Positions 8,958 through 17,357 of a stretch of DNA of 64,000 nucleotides are shown one piece after another. Made by a program: the position numbers and the translations under genes. The notes under the pieces were generated by a model. It made no database searches, was not told the origin of the DNA, and saw only the letters and a program-made list of their open reading frames with translations. Source of the DNA: Minisyncoccota bacterium (GTDB taxonomy: Bacteria > Patescibacteriota > Minisyncoccia > UBA6257 > 02-FULL-45-10c); assembly GCA_028716745.1 (NCBI GenBank), contig JAQUPE010000002.1, forward strand, positions 29,819-93,818, written 5' to 3'. How positions within the stretch are numbered: the first letter of the stretch is position 1; every line of letters begins with the position of its first letter.

Positions 8958-10061
8958 ATGTTAGCTATCTACAGAAAATATCGCCCGAAAACTTTAGGAG
9001 AATTATTGGGGCAAGAACACGTCGTAGAAATACTTAAAAACGGCGCTGCGCAGGGAAAATTCGCCCATGCTTATCTTTTTTACGGCCCGAAAGGTTCGGG
9101 AAAAACTACCGCCGCCCGCTTGCTGGCAAAGCTCGCTAATTGCGAAACCAGGCAAAACGACAAAACTTTCCGCGAAAAAGGAGAGCCCTGCAATAAATGT
9201 TCCGCCTGTTCCCAGATTGATACCGGCCAAGCCCTGGATGTCGTAGAAATAGATGCCGCTTCCAACCGCGGCATAGACGAAATCCGCAATCTCAAAGAAG
9301 GGATCAAGCTATCCCCTTCTTTTCTCCATTACAAAATTTTTATAATCGACGAAATTCACATGCTTACCCGCGACGCCTTCAACGCGCTTCTTAAAACTCT
9401 GGAAGAGCCTCCGGCGCATGCGATTTTAATTATGGCCACTACCGAATATGAAAAGATTCCGGCAACAATTTCTTCCCGCGCCCAGCGTTTCCATTTCCAA
9501 AAACTTTCTCTGATAAAAATACTTGAAAAGCTCAACCGCGTTATAAAAGAAGAAAAAATAAAAATATCTCCTGAAGCCCTGGAGTTAATCGCCTCCTTAG
9601 CTGAAGGCAGCTTGCGCGACGCCGAATCTCTTTTGGATCAAATAGCGTCATTAGACCAGGATATAAATATAAAAGATGTTGAAAATATTGCCGGAAAAAT
9701 CGGACATAAAAAAACTTCAGCAATGGCCGAATATCTTATTAAAAACAACTTGCCTGGCGCTTTGAATTATTTAAACGAAATAGACCGCGGCGGCTCCAAT
9801 CTGGTTGAACTGAATAAAGATTTGATCCATTATCTCCGCCGAGCTTTGACCCTGAAAATGAATCCTCAAATGGAAGAATTATATAAAAAAGAATTGATAA
9901 AAGACGAGCTAACCGCTTTAAAAAATCACTCTGTCCTCATCAACGATCAAAAAATAATTTCGATAATAAAATCTCTCATCCGCGCCTACGGCGAAATGCG
10001 CTATTCTCCGTTTCCAATCGCTCCTCTGGAAGTTGCAATCATAGAAAACCTCAAATCCTGA
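8958..10061 (+). CDS. dnaX: DNA polymerase III subunit gamma/tau (short form)
   Basis: YRKYRP, GPKGSGKTT, Zn-binding Cys, EIDAASNRG, IIDEIHML, LLKTLEEPP; start placed at MLAIYRK. Confidence 0.95.
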   Translation: MLAIYRKYRPKTLGELLGQEHVVEILKNGAAQGKFAHAYLFYGPKGSGKTTAARLLAKLANCETRQNDKTFREKGEPCNKCSACSQIDTGQALDVVEIDAASNRGIDEIRNLKEGIKLSPSFLHYKIFIIDEIHMLTRDAFNALLKTLEEPPAHAILIMATTEYEKIPATISSRAQRFHFQKLSLIKILEKLNRVIKEEKIKISPEALELIASLAEGSLRDAESLLDQIASLDQDINIKDVENIAGKIGHKKTSAMAEYLIKNNLPGALNYLNEIDRGGSNLVELNKDLIHYLRRALTLKMNPQMEELYKKELIKDELTALKNHSVLINDQKIISIIKSLIRAYGEMRYSPFPIAPLEVAIIENLKS

Positions 10062-10180
10062 CAGCCCAGCCAGGAAATTGCATCGAAAGATTTAAAATCT
10101 TAACCAAAAAACCTAAAAACCAACCTGTATATTATATGATAATTGTAACATATGATGTACAACTGTTTTTGGGGAATTAA

Positions 10181-10209
10181 AAAATAAAAAACCCACCTTA
10201 TCGGTGGGT
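10181..10209 (-). terminator. Terminator of the receiver-domain operon
   Basis: ACCCACC/GGTGGGT stem plus an A-run (U-tract on the minus strand). Confidence 0.65.
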
Positions 10210-10238
10210 CCTGCCTTGTTGGGCAGTTGTTTGTTGCT

Positions 10239-10664
10239 CTATGAAAGATCAGGCAGTGTGGCGAGAAAGTCGATCAGGCAGTTCTTGCTTACGCAATAGT
10301 TGCCTCCGGCTTTCATCAGCATGTCCTGTGCCTCCGGGTCGCAGGAAGTCACGATGATTGGTCCGAGAAATTTCGGGTCTTCTTCCCTGAACTTCTCGGC
10401 CAGATGCGCAAGCATATCTTTTATTTCGATGATGTGCTTGATGTTCTTCACACCATCCCTTTTCTCGCGCTCTTCGATGTTCAGGTATCCGCAAAATGCG
10501 ATCGCCCCGAGATCATTGAAGTTTTCTTTGTACTGCTTTTCCGCCTCTGCTACGCTCCAGGCAAACAGAAGTTTCATCTTCTGTCCCGCCCCCAGCAGCT
10601 TGACTCGCCTTTCGTATTGGCGAGTCAATTCAGGGGTGTTTTCAAGTATTAAGACTTTTTTCAA
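10239..10664 (-). CDS. Stand-alone pseudo-receiver (CheY-like) domain protein
   Basis: KKVLILEN, A(W)SVAEA, IIVTS, AGG..VSK; Cys (AFCG) at the phosphoacceptor position; TTG start with GGGAGG SD. Confidence 0.7.
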   Translation of the reverse strand: MKKVLILENTPELTRQYERRVKLLGAGQKMKLLFAWSVAEAEKQYKENFNDLGAIAFCGYLNIEEREKRDGVKNIKHIIEIKDMLAHLAEKFREEDPKFLGPIIVTSCDPEAQDMLMKAGGNYCVSKNCLIDFLATLPDLS

Positions 10665-11034
10665 GTTCTGCCTCCCGTTCTGCGAAGATTTTCTCGATCA
10701 GCTCTCCCAACTGGAAGAACTTTTCTTTCGAACACTGATAGGCACAACCCGCCTCTGCAAGCTTCTCCCGCCCCTCTTTGCTGTTTGAAATGGCGATGAC
10801 AACGATCTTGCGCGCCGCGAGAAATTCCTGGGTCAGAAGGAATGTGTTTCCTCCGCCCTTCATATTGTAATCCATCAGGACTACGGATATGTCCGGAAGA
10901 TCTCCGAATGTATTCCTCGCTTTTTCCGCGTTCTCGGCGTAGTACGCCGATATTCCCGAAACCTCGATGTACTCCAGAAATTCGTCCGCGAACTCCCTGT
11001 CGTCGTCAACCAGCAGCATTTCTTTTTTTATCAT
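10642..11034 (-). CDS. Stand-alone response regulator receiver protein
   Basis: LLVDDD, VVLMDY (phospho-Asp), IAIS, AG...SK; AAGGAGG SD. Confidence 0.85.
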   Translation of the reverse strand: MIKKEMLLVDDDREFADEFLEYIEVSGISAYYAENAEKARNTFGDLPDISVVLMDYNMKGGGNTFLLTQEFLAARKIVVIAISNSKEGREKLAEAGCAYQCSKEKFFQLGELIEKIFAEREAELEKSLNT

Positions 11035-11410
11035 CAGCCTCTTCCTCCTTTTGGAAAACTTCCGCGAGTATGACCATCAGATCGATAATCCCGCTTTGAA
11101 CACACCCGTACACGCAGCCAGCCCCTAAGAGCTTTTCTCTTTCCACGAAATCGTCCGAGATCGCAACGATCTTGGTTTTCTTCCGCAGATCGACAAAACT
11201 CTTTGCCAGCTCCAACGTGTTTACTCCGTCACCGAGGTCATAGTTCATAAGAACCACGGTGATGTTCGGATTGTTTACAAACACGCCGAACGCGTTGTCC
11301 TTGTCCGAGGCATGAGTCACCTCAATGCCCGGAGACTCGAAGTAGTGCTTCATCATCCACGCGAACTTCTCGTCTTTGCCCACTATCAGCATGCCTATTT
11401 TATCTCTCAT
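11006..11410 (-). CDS. Stand-alone pseudo-receiver domain protein
   Basis: Paralog of the 11034 gene (VVLMNY, IVAIS, REKL..AGC), with Asn at the phosphoacceptor; AAGGAG SD. Confidence 0.75.
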   Translation of the reverse strand: MRDKIGMLIVGKDEKFAWMMKHYFESPGIEVTHASDKDNAFGVFVNNPNITVVLMNYDLGDGVNTLELAKSFVDLRKKTKIVAISDDFVEREKLLGAGCVYGCVQSGIIDLMVILAEVFQKEEEADDKKRNAAG

Positions 11411-11470
11411 ATTTCTCTCTCCTTTTTAAAAGTACTTCCCTGTCTGAATTTACTGAATTTTTGATAATAT

Positions 11471-11499
11471 ATTATATAACAATATTAGCTTAATGTCAA
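11471..11499 (-). promoter_or_regulatory. Perfect consensus sigma70 promoter of the receiver operon
   Basis: TTGACA-17 nt-TATAAT on the minus strand. Confidence 0.8.
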
Positions 11500-11508
11500 T
11501 TTAGCGCC

Positions 11509-11537
11509 TAGACTAAAATATACTTATCTGATATAAT
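11509..11537 (+). promoter_or_regulatory. Promoter of typA
   Basis: TAGACT-17 nt-TATAAT with TG extension. Confidence 0.6.
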
Positions 11538-11549
11538 TTATCTTCAAAT

Positions 11550-13361
11550 ATGAAAATTAGAAATGTTTCTATAATCGCCCACGTTGACCACGGCAAAACG
11601 ACTTTGGTTGACGCGCTTTTAAAACAGTCTGATACCGACTTGGGAAAGCTTGGCGACCAAAAAGAATTAATAATGGATTTCAACGATCTTGAAAAAGAGC
11701 GCGGAATTACCATATTTTCTAAAAACGCTTCGGTCCAATACGGCGACACGAAGATCAATATAATAGATACTCCAGGACACGCCGACTTCGGCGGCGAAGT
11801 GGAGCGCGTGTTAAACCTTGCCGACGGTTCCCTACTTTTAATCGACGCGCAGGAAGGCCCGATGCCTCAAACCAGATTTGTTTTGAAAAAAGCGCTTTCA
11901 ATGGGCCACAAAATAATCTTGGTTATGAATAAAATAGATAAGCCAAACGCCAGAATAAATTACGCTTTGGATAAAGTTATCGAGCTTTTTATAGAACTCG
12001 GAGCAACTAATGACCAATTGAACTTCCCGATAATTTACGCATCCGGAAGAGACGGCGTTGCCGGACTAACTCCGGAATTGGAAAAAATGACGGATATTAA
12101 GCCGATTTTTGACGACATTATAAAATATATTCCCGAGCCAAAAGCCAATGCCAGCGGTCCGCTGCAAATGATGATTGTTTCCATTTCTTACGACAATTAC
12201 ATGGGCAGAATCGGCATAGGCAGGATTTACAGCGGAAAAATAAAAAATGGCCAAGCCATTTCCCATATTTCCCGCGAGGGCAAAACTGTAAAATCAAAAA
12301 TAACTTCTTTAATGACCTTTTCCGGACTTACCAAAAAAGAAACTGCCGAGCTTGAAGCCGGAGACATAGCCGCCGTCAGCGGAATAGACAATATAAATAT
12401 CGGCGACACTATCGCGGAAGAAATAGATCCAATCGCTCTCCCGCCGATTAAAATCGAGGAGCCGACCGTCAAAATGATTTTCAGCGTAAACAACTCCCCC
12501 TTTGCCGGAAAAGAAGGAAAGTATTGCACTTCAAGAAATTTAAAAGAACGCTTGGAAAAAGAATTGGATAACGATGTAGCGCTCCGCGTTAATCCCGGAA
12601 AATCTCCGGATGAATTTATCGTCTGCGGACGCGGCGAGCTTCATCTTTCTATTTTAATTGAAACAATGCGCCGTGAAGGATATGAAATGCAGGTCTCCCG
12701 CCCCGAAGTTATTATGAAAGAAGAAAACGGAAAAATTACCGAACCGACCGAAGATGCCTGGCTTGAAGTACCAGAAAAATATTCCGGAATGGTTATTGAA
12801 AAAATGGGACTCAGAAAAGGCACGCTTAAAAATATGAGCGTGGAAAACGGCATCGCTATTTTCCATTTCTATATTCCAACCCGCGGACTTATCGGATTCA
12901 GAAATGAATTCATGATTGAAACCAAAGGAACAGGAACTATCAATTCCCTTTTCGCCGGCTATGCGCCGAAATTTGATAATATTCAAACCAACCCGCATGG
13001 ATCAATTATTGTCCATGAAGCCGGAGCCTCCACCGCCTACGCTCTTTTGAAAATTCAGGAACGCGGAGAAATGTTTATCGGTCCTGGCGTTAAAGTTTAT
13101 GAAGGACAAGTTGTGGGAGAAAATGCCAAAGCCGAAGATATAATTTCAAATGTCTGCAAAGCAAAACAGCTTACAAACTTCAGAGCTAAAACCGACGCCG
13201 TCACCGACGACTTGGTTCCGCCCCGCGAAATGTCTCTTGAGCAAGCTATTGAATATGTTGGCGACGATGAACTTGTTGAAATTACTCCTATCAGCATCCG
13301 ATTAAGAAAAAGAGTTTTAAGCGGTACCCTCAGAGGCTCTCAAAAACGCCAAAATTCCTAA
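11550..13361 (+). CDS. typA: Translational GTPase TypA/BipA
   Basis: AHVDHGKTTLVD, ERGITIFSKN, DTPGHADFGGEVER, GRGELHLSILIE, DDELVEITP. Confidence 0.97.
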   Translation: MKIRNVSIIAHVDHGKTTLVDALLKQSDTDLGKLGDQKELIMDFNDLEKERGITIFSKNASVQYGDTKINIIDTPGHADFGGEVERVLNLADGSLLLIDAQEGPMPQTRFVLKKALSMGHKIILVMNKIDKPNARINYALDKVIELFIELGATNDQLNFPIIYASGRDGVAGLTPELEKMTDIKPIFDDIIKYIPEPKANASGPLQMMIVSISYDNYMGRIGIGRIYSGKIKNGQAISHISREGKTVKSKITSLMTFSGLTKKETAELEAGDIAAVSGIDNINIGDTIAEEIDPIALPPIKIEEPTVKMIFSVNNSPFAGKEGKYCTSRNLKERLEKELDNDVALRVNPGKSPDEFIVCGRGELHLSILIETMRREGYEMQVSRPEVIMKEENGKITEPTEDAWLEVPEKYSGMVIEKMGLRKGTLKNMSVENGIAIFHFYIPTRGLIGFRNEFMIETKGTGTINSLFAGYAPKFDNIQTNPHGSIIVHEAGASTAYALLKIQERGEMFIGPGVKVYEGQVVGENAKAEDIISNVCKAKQLTNFRAKTDAVTDDLVPPREMSLEQAIEYVGDDELVEITPISIRLRKRVLSGTLRGSQKRQNS

Positions 13362-13402
13362 TTGGAAATTTATCAATAATGTTGATAAAATAAGCTCAGT
13401 TT

Positions 13403-13479
13403 ATTGGGAGATCGTCCCTGGCCCCTGGCCGGGCTAGGCGGGCAGGCTCAACAAACAAAATAAAAATTGGGAGATCGTC
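13403..13479 (+). repeat. 14-bp direct repeat duplicating the tRNA-Gln 5' end
   Basis: ATTGGGAGATCGTC at 13403-13416 and again at 13466-13479. Confidence 0.85.
13416..13448. repeat. Short GC-rich imperfect palindromic element, copy 2
   Basis: CCCTGGCCCCTGGCCGGGCTAGGCGGGCAGGCT; the first 17 nt are identical to 2240-2256. Confidence 0.75.
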
Positions 13480-13538
13480 TAATGGTAGGACACCGCCCTT
13501 TGGAGGCGGGTATCGGGGTTCGAGTCCCTGTCTCCCAG
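13468..13538 (+). tRNA. tRNA-Gln (UUG), CCA not encoded
   Basis: Acceptor stem TGGGAGA/TCTCCCA; anticodon arm CCGCC-CTTTGGA-GGCGG; T-loop TTCGAGT. Confidence 0.95.
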
Positions 13539-13578
13539 CATTTCGGCAAACTTAAAAATAAATAGAAATAATTTAAAG

Positions 13579-14388
13579 ATGAGTTTAAAAGAATTTAACA
13601 AGATTTTTGGAATAAAAAACGATCCCCAAGAAGAAGAGGTGCGGTTTGTAAATCGTATTAATCAAACCATGTTTCGTGCAATACGCCATAATCCACACCC
13701 CGATGATTATGAGTCACTCATCAGAAGTATCTGCTACAAACTTGGTATAAATCCAAATGATTTCATTAAGGTAGATAAATATGCTGATCGTATCAACATC
13801 GCTGATTTGGGCAGCCTTTCTAAAAATGATTTTAGAGAAACCTTAAAAATTATTGTTTTATTATACGAAACCGTAAGCTCTAATAATACAAAAGAATTAA
13901 TTAATAGGTATGTTGAACTTGCACTTGCCGCTGCGACTATTGAGCTTGGCATTAGATGGAAAGATGGAATGTTTTATAGAAGCGGCGCAAAAGAATTAGA
14001 TAAAAAATTAATAAACGACAACTTAGACTGGCTACATATTTGCTCCGATGCAAGAACCCTATTTGGTACCGCCCTTGAACACTTTAACAAATCTATAACT
14101 GATGATACTGCACGTAAAGATACAATTACAAATAGCTATTCTTCAATAGAAGCTCTGGCACAAAAAGTTTTAAATAATAAAAAAACTTTTGAAAATAATT
14201 TAAACGACTTAATGTCATTTTTAGATCTTCCTAGAGAGTACAGCAATATTTTTAATGGATATAAACAAATTGCACATGGATTTAGTAGTCGACACCCAGG
14301 ATCTATACCATCACATATAGAAACAGAAGCATTTATTTATATGACTGGACTTTTGATGCGACTTATCAGTGAAAAATATAATAAATAA
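13579..14388 (+). CDS. Putative abortive-infection / HEPN-like protein (AbiJ-like architecture)
   Basis: C-terminal helical domain with S(I)EAL..VL, an RH motif (SSRHPG) and EA.F; AT-rich; directly after a tRNA. Family assigned by resemblance. Confidence 0.55.
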   Translation: MSLKEFNKIFGIKNDPQEEEVRFVNRINQTMFRAIRHNPHPDDYESLIRSICYKLGINPNDFIKVDKYADRINIADLGSLSKNDFRETLKIIVLLYETVSSNNTKELINRYVELALAAATIELGIRWKDGMFYRSGAKELDKKLINDNLDWLHICSDARTLFGTALEHFNKSITDDTARKDTITNSYSSIEALAQKVLNNKKTFENNLNDLMSFLDLPREYSNIFNGYKQIAHGFSSRHPGSIPSHIETEAFIYMTGLLMRLISEKYNK

Positions 14389-14410
14389 ATTATTTTTCAA
14401 AATCCTATAC

Positions 14411-14857
14411 ATGAACGAAATAACTCTTCGCAATCAATGGGTCGTTAAAGCCCCCATAAATGATGTATTCAAAATAATGACCAACTTCGAAAAATTTCCG
14501 GAGCATTTTCCAAAAGTTGCCGAATCAATACAGATTAATAAACGGGAAGGAAATTATTTAGAAATGGACGCAACCGCAAAATCATTCGGTAAAAAATTTC
14601 AGGTGAAGATGAAGACTCAAATTCTACCGGGAAAAGGCTTCATTTCGGATAATAACAGTTATCAGTTTGGGACTTCCGGACATGAAGAGATGTTGCTTTC
14701 CGAACACGCCGAAGGAACTCTAATTGACTATACCTATCAAGTCGCCATTCATAAAAAATGGCTAGGCATAATCGCCATACCTCTGCTGCGCTGGTATTCA
14801 ATGAAATACTGGGAAAAAGCAGTTATTGATCAGCTTAAAAAGATCCTTGAGAAATAA
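14411..14857 (+). CDS. SRPBCC (START-like) domain protein
   Basis: N-terminal VKAPINDVFKIMTNFEKFPEHFP pattern; GTLIDYTY. Confidence 0.75.
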   Translation: MNEITLRNQWVVKAPINDVFKIMTNFEKFPEHFPKVAESIQINKREGNYLEMDATAKSFGKKFQVKMKTQILPGKGFISDNNSYQFGTSGHEEMLLSEHAEGTLIDYTYQVAIHKKWLGIIAIPLLRWYSMKYWEKAVIDQLKKILEK

Positions 14858-14893
14858 TGGCTCTAACATTATCCAAAACTTCCAGCAAAATTT

Positions 14894-14918
14894 AAAAACC
14901 GGGCAAGTCCCGGTTTTT
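14894..14918. terminator. Bidirectional terminator
   Basis: AAAAACCGGG-CAAGT-CCCGGTTTTT between convergent genes. Confidence 0.75.
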
Positions 14919-15165
14919 ATTTTTTCCCAACTATATTCAAAAAATCTTTCGGTTTTCCCCGGAAATTAACTTCCACGCTATCTGTTTTTTGGACCTTATC
15001 GCCCAGGACGGCTAATTTATTATTAATAAAAACTTTCCCCTCTTTAATGAGTTTATCCGCCTCTCTTCTGTTTTTAGAATGTTTATTCAGAGCGAGATAC
15101 CTGTTTATCCGCATCGGAAAAACTATCTCGTCTTCATACTCTTCATAATCCTCATCTTCTTCCAT
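14917..15165 (-). CDS. Stand-alone S4 RNA-binding domain protein
   Basis: MRINRYLA...RREADKLIKEGKVFINN..AVLGDKV; acidic N-terminus; start placed at MEEDED. Confidence 0.8.
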   Translation of the reverse strand: MEEDEDYEEYEDEIVFPMRINRYLALNKHSKNRREADKLIKEGKVFINNKLAVLGDKVQKTDSVEVNFRGKPKDFLNIVGKK

Positions 15166-15219
15166 ATATACGCATATTAGCACTAATTTGGCGGGATTTG
15201 ACCCCTGCCGGCTACCCCC

Positions 15220-15248
15220 TAGACAAAAGAATAAAGATATGTTATATT
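15220..15248 (+). promoter_or_regulatory. Promoter of the cold-shock gene
   Basis: TAGACA-17 nt-TATATT with TG extension. Confidence 0.65.
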
Positions 15249-15309
15249 AAGGGGGTGTTAAGGCACAGGAACTAATGTCGATCGTTTCAAATAACAATTA
15301 ACCAAACTA

Positions 15310-15507
15310 ATGACAGGTAAAATTAAAACTCTTACTGAGAAAGGATTTGGATTCATCTCTCGCGAAGGCGAGACGAAGGATTTATTCTTTCACTCTAAGG
15401 AACTTGTTGGAGTTATGTTTGATGAGCTTCATGTTGGCGATACCGTCACTTTTGAAGTCATCGATACCGAGAAAGGACCAGCAGCTACAAAGGTCTCTCG
15501 CGCATAA
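15310..15507 (+). CDS. cspA: Cold-shock protein (CspA family)
   Basis: KGFGFI, DLFFHSK, KGPAA. Confidence 0.92.
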   Translation: MTGKIKTLTEKGFGFISREGETKDLFFHSKELVGVMFDELHVGDTVTFEVIDTEKGPAATKVSRA

Positions 15508-15515
15508 ATCTGACT

Positions 15516-15549
15516 AAACAAAAACACCCCTTTCGGGGTGTTTTTGTTT
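15516..15549. terminator. Bidirectional terminator
   Basis: AAACAAAAACACCCC-TTTC-GGGGTGTTTTTGTTT. Confidence 0.85.
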
Positions 15550-15558
15550 GTAAAAAAT

Positions 15559-17028
15559 TTATAATTTCTCTAAATCCAAAGTCATATTAACCTTAATCTG
15601 TTTTACGAATTCCGGAACGTGGCTTACGAGAATCATCGTGCCCGTATATTTATCCAAGGCAGCGGCAATAACAGGAATATGCCTGAAATTAATATGGTTT
15701 GTCGGCTCGTCAAGAATTAATAATCCGGGCTTCAAAAGCACAAGGCGGGCAAACGCCACCAATCCTTTCTGGCCCTCAGACAAACTGCCGATCTTCGTTC
15801 TTAATATATGTTCGTTAATTAAAAATCCGGATGCGATAGAGCGAAGCTTTTGTTCCGTCATAGACATATCGGGATCGTCTTTTACCGCCGATTTCAAAGC
15901 TTCATATACGGTGTCTTCAAAATTAAGCGTAGAAAAATCCTGTCTGTAATAGCCTATTTTTATGCCCTTTGTAATATGCTCCCCTTTCAAATCTCCATGC
16001 GCCAATTTTTCCAGCAAAGTAGTTTTTCCAATTCCATTCGGGCCTTTCAAAAGCAAACGCTCGCCTTTTTTCAAAATAACGCTGACTTTTTTGGCTGTAA
16101 ATTTATGATTTTTCACAACCGAAACGGATTTCAATTCCAATACCTGGCCGGTTATATCTTCCTGACAAGGAATAAAGAAATCCCTGATTGTTTTGTCTTC
16201 ATGCCTCTCATCGACAACCTCTTCTTCCAGCTCTTCAATTTTTTCATTCATTTTCCGCGCCACATCGCGCATATGGCCTCCTTTCTGTCCGAAAAAATTC
16301 GCCTGCTCTTTGCGGTGAATAATATCTTTCGCGAGACGCGCGTTCTTTTTCCTTTCCCTTTCCAAACGCAATTTTATTTCTTCAACAACGTCAAAATAAT
16401 TTCCGACATACTGCTCTACTTTTTTGGTGAATATATCAAGATAAAACACGCCCTGAGTGAAAGCGTTAAGAAAATCGGCATCGTGAGAAATGACAATGCA
16501 TGTCTTTTTATATTCCTGAAGAAACTTTGTTAAATGCTCAATGCCGTCTTTATCCAAATTATTGGTCGGCTCGTCTAAAAGCAATAAATCGGGGTTTTGA
16601 ATAAGCGCCGAAGCAAGAAGAAGACGCGCCTGCTGGCCTCCGGAAAAAGACTTGATAATCCTGTCGTGCGGAGCGTTTAAATTTACAACTTCGCAAACAT
16701 CGTCAATCCGCGGATCAATATTATATATTTTTTTGGAAAAACATTTTTCAAAAAATTCGCGCACAGTTAAATCCATCTGATTGCGCGGAATTACCTGCTT
16801 GGCAGTAGCAACGGTTACGTCATCGGCAATATTAATCGTTCCGGAGTCCGGTTTTAATACTCCCGTAATAAGATTAAAAATTGTGCTTTTTCCGGAACCG
16901 TTTTGACCCATTAAAGTAATTTTTGATCCGCGGCGAATTGAAAAATCCGCCTCATTTAAAATGGGTTTATTATGTCCGTATTCAAACGAGACTTTGTTAA
17001 ATCTCGCAATTACTTCATTTTGCGCCAT
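15559..17028 (-). CDS. ABC-F family ribosome-associated ATPase
   Basis: Two ABC domains (GQNGSGKST, SGGQ, LDEPTNNLD; GPNGIGKTT, SEGQ, LDEPTNH), a linker, and no TM segments. Confidence 0.9.
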   Translation of the reverse strand: MAQNEVIARFNKVSFEYGHNKPILNEADFSIRRGSKITLMGQNGSGKSTIFNLITGVLKPDSGTINIADDVTVATAKQVIPRNQMDLTVREFFEKCFSKKIYNIDPRIDDVCEVVNLNAPHDRIIKSFSGGQQARLLLASALIQNPDLLLLDEPTNNLDKDGIEHLTKFLQEYKKTCIVISHDADFLNAFTQGVFYLDIFTKKVEQYVGNYFDVVEEIKLRLERERKKNARLAKDIIHRKEQANFFGQKGGHMRDVARKMNEKIEELEEEVVDERHEDKTIRDFFIPCQEDITGQVLELKSVSVVKNHKFTAKKVSVILKKGERLLLKGPNGIGKTTLLEKLAHGDLKGEHITKGIKIGYYRQDFSTLNFEDTVYEALKSAVKDDPDMSMTEQKLRSIASGFLINEHILRTKIGSLSEGQKGLVAFARLVLLKPGLLILDEPTNHINFRHIPVIAAALDKYTGTMILVSHVPEFVKQIKVNMTLDLEKL

Positions 17029-17032
17029 GATA

Positions 17033-17299
17033 AGAACCTATCTCAATAATAATTCCTAACGCGATATACGCTAATTTTCTTTAGTACTAGGCACGAGGGT
17101 GAAGGTGTATAAATATACTCCAAACCCGAGTAACGCAGAAATAAAGAAAATTAGCTATATCCCGAAGGGTTGCGTTCTTTATAAGTGATTTATTCGTTGC
17201 TCCTCCTCAATGTGGTATAACCACAATTTCGTCGTCGCGCCTCTAACTCACCTATAAATATTCGCAACGCGTTTTGGGATTATTGTTGAAATAGGTTCT
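17033..17299. mobile_element. MITE-like non-coding palindromic element, 267 bp
   Basis: 24-bp terminal inverted repeats (AGAACCTATCTCAATAATAATTCC vs AGAACCTATTTCAACAATAATCCC, 21/24); TA at both ends; nested internal hairpins; no transposase. Confidence 0.75.
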
Positions 17300-17357
17300 A
17301 CTATGATAGTCCAAATCTAGAAATTTTTCTAGACTTAGATAAAATTTTCTAAAAAAA

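Noticed and set aside
10136-10180. 14-codon ORF MIIVTYDVQLFLGN resembling a Cas2 N-terminus (xxxYDV)
   Set aside because: Too short, with no continuation in other frames and no cas genes or array; likely chance in AT-rich DNA.
10249-11099. Several alternative-frame and antisense ORFs over the receiver operon
   Set aside because: By-products of higher GC content; only the three minus-strand frames show receiver motifs and SD sites.
14878-14898. Possible attR copy of the tRNA-Gln 3' end (CCAGCA...TTAAAAA)
   Set aside because: Only 6 contiguous matching bases; not significant.
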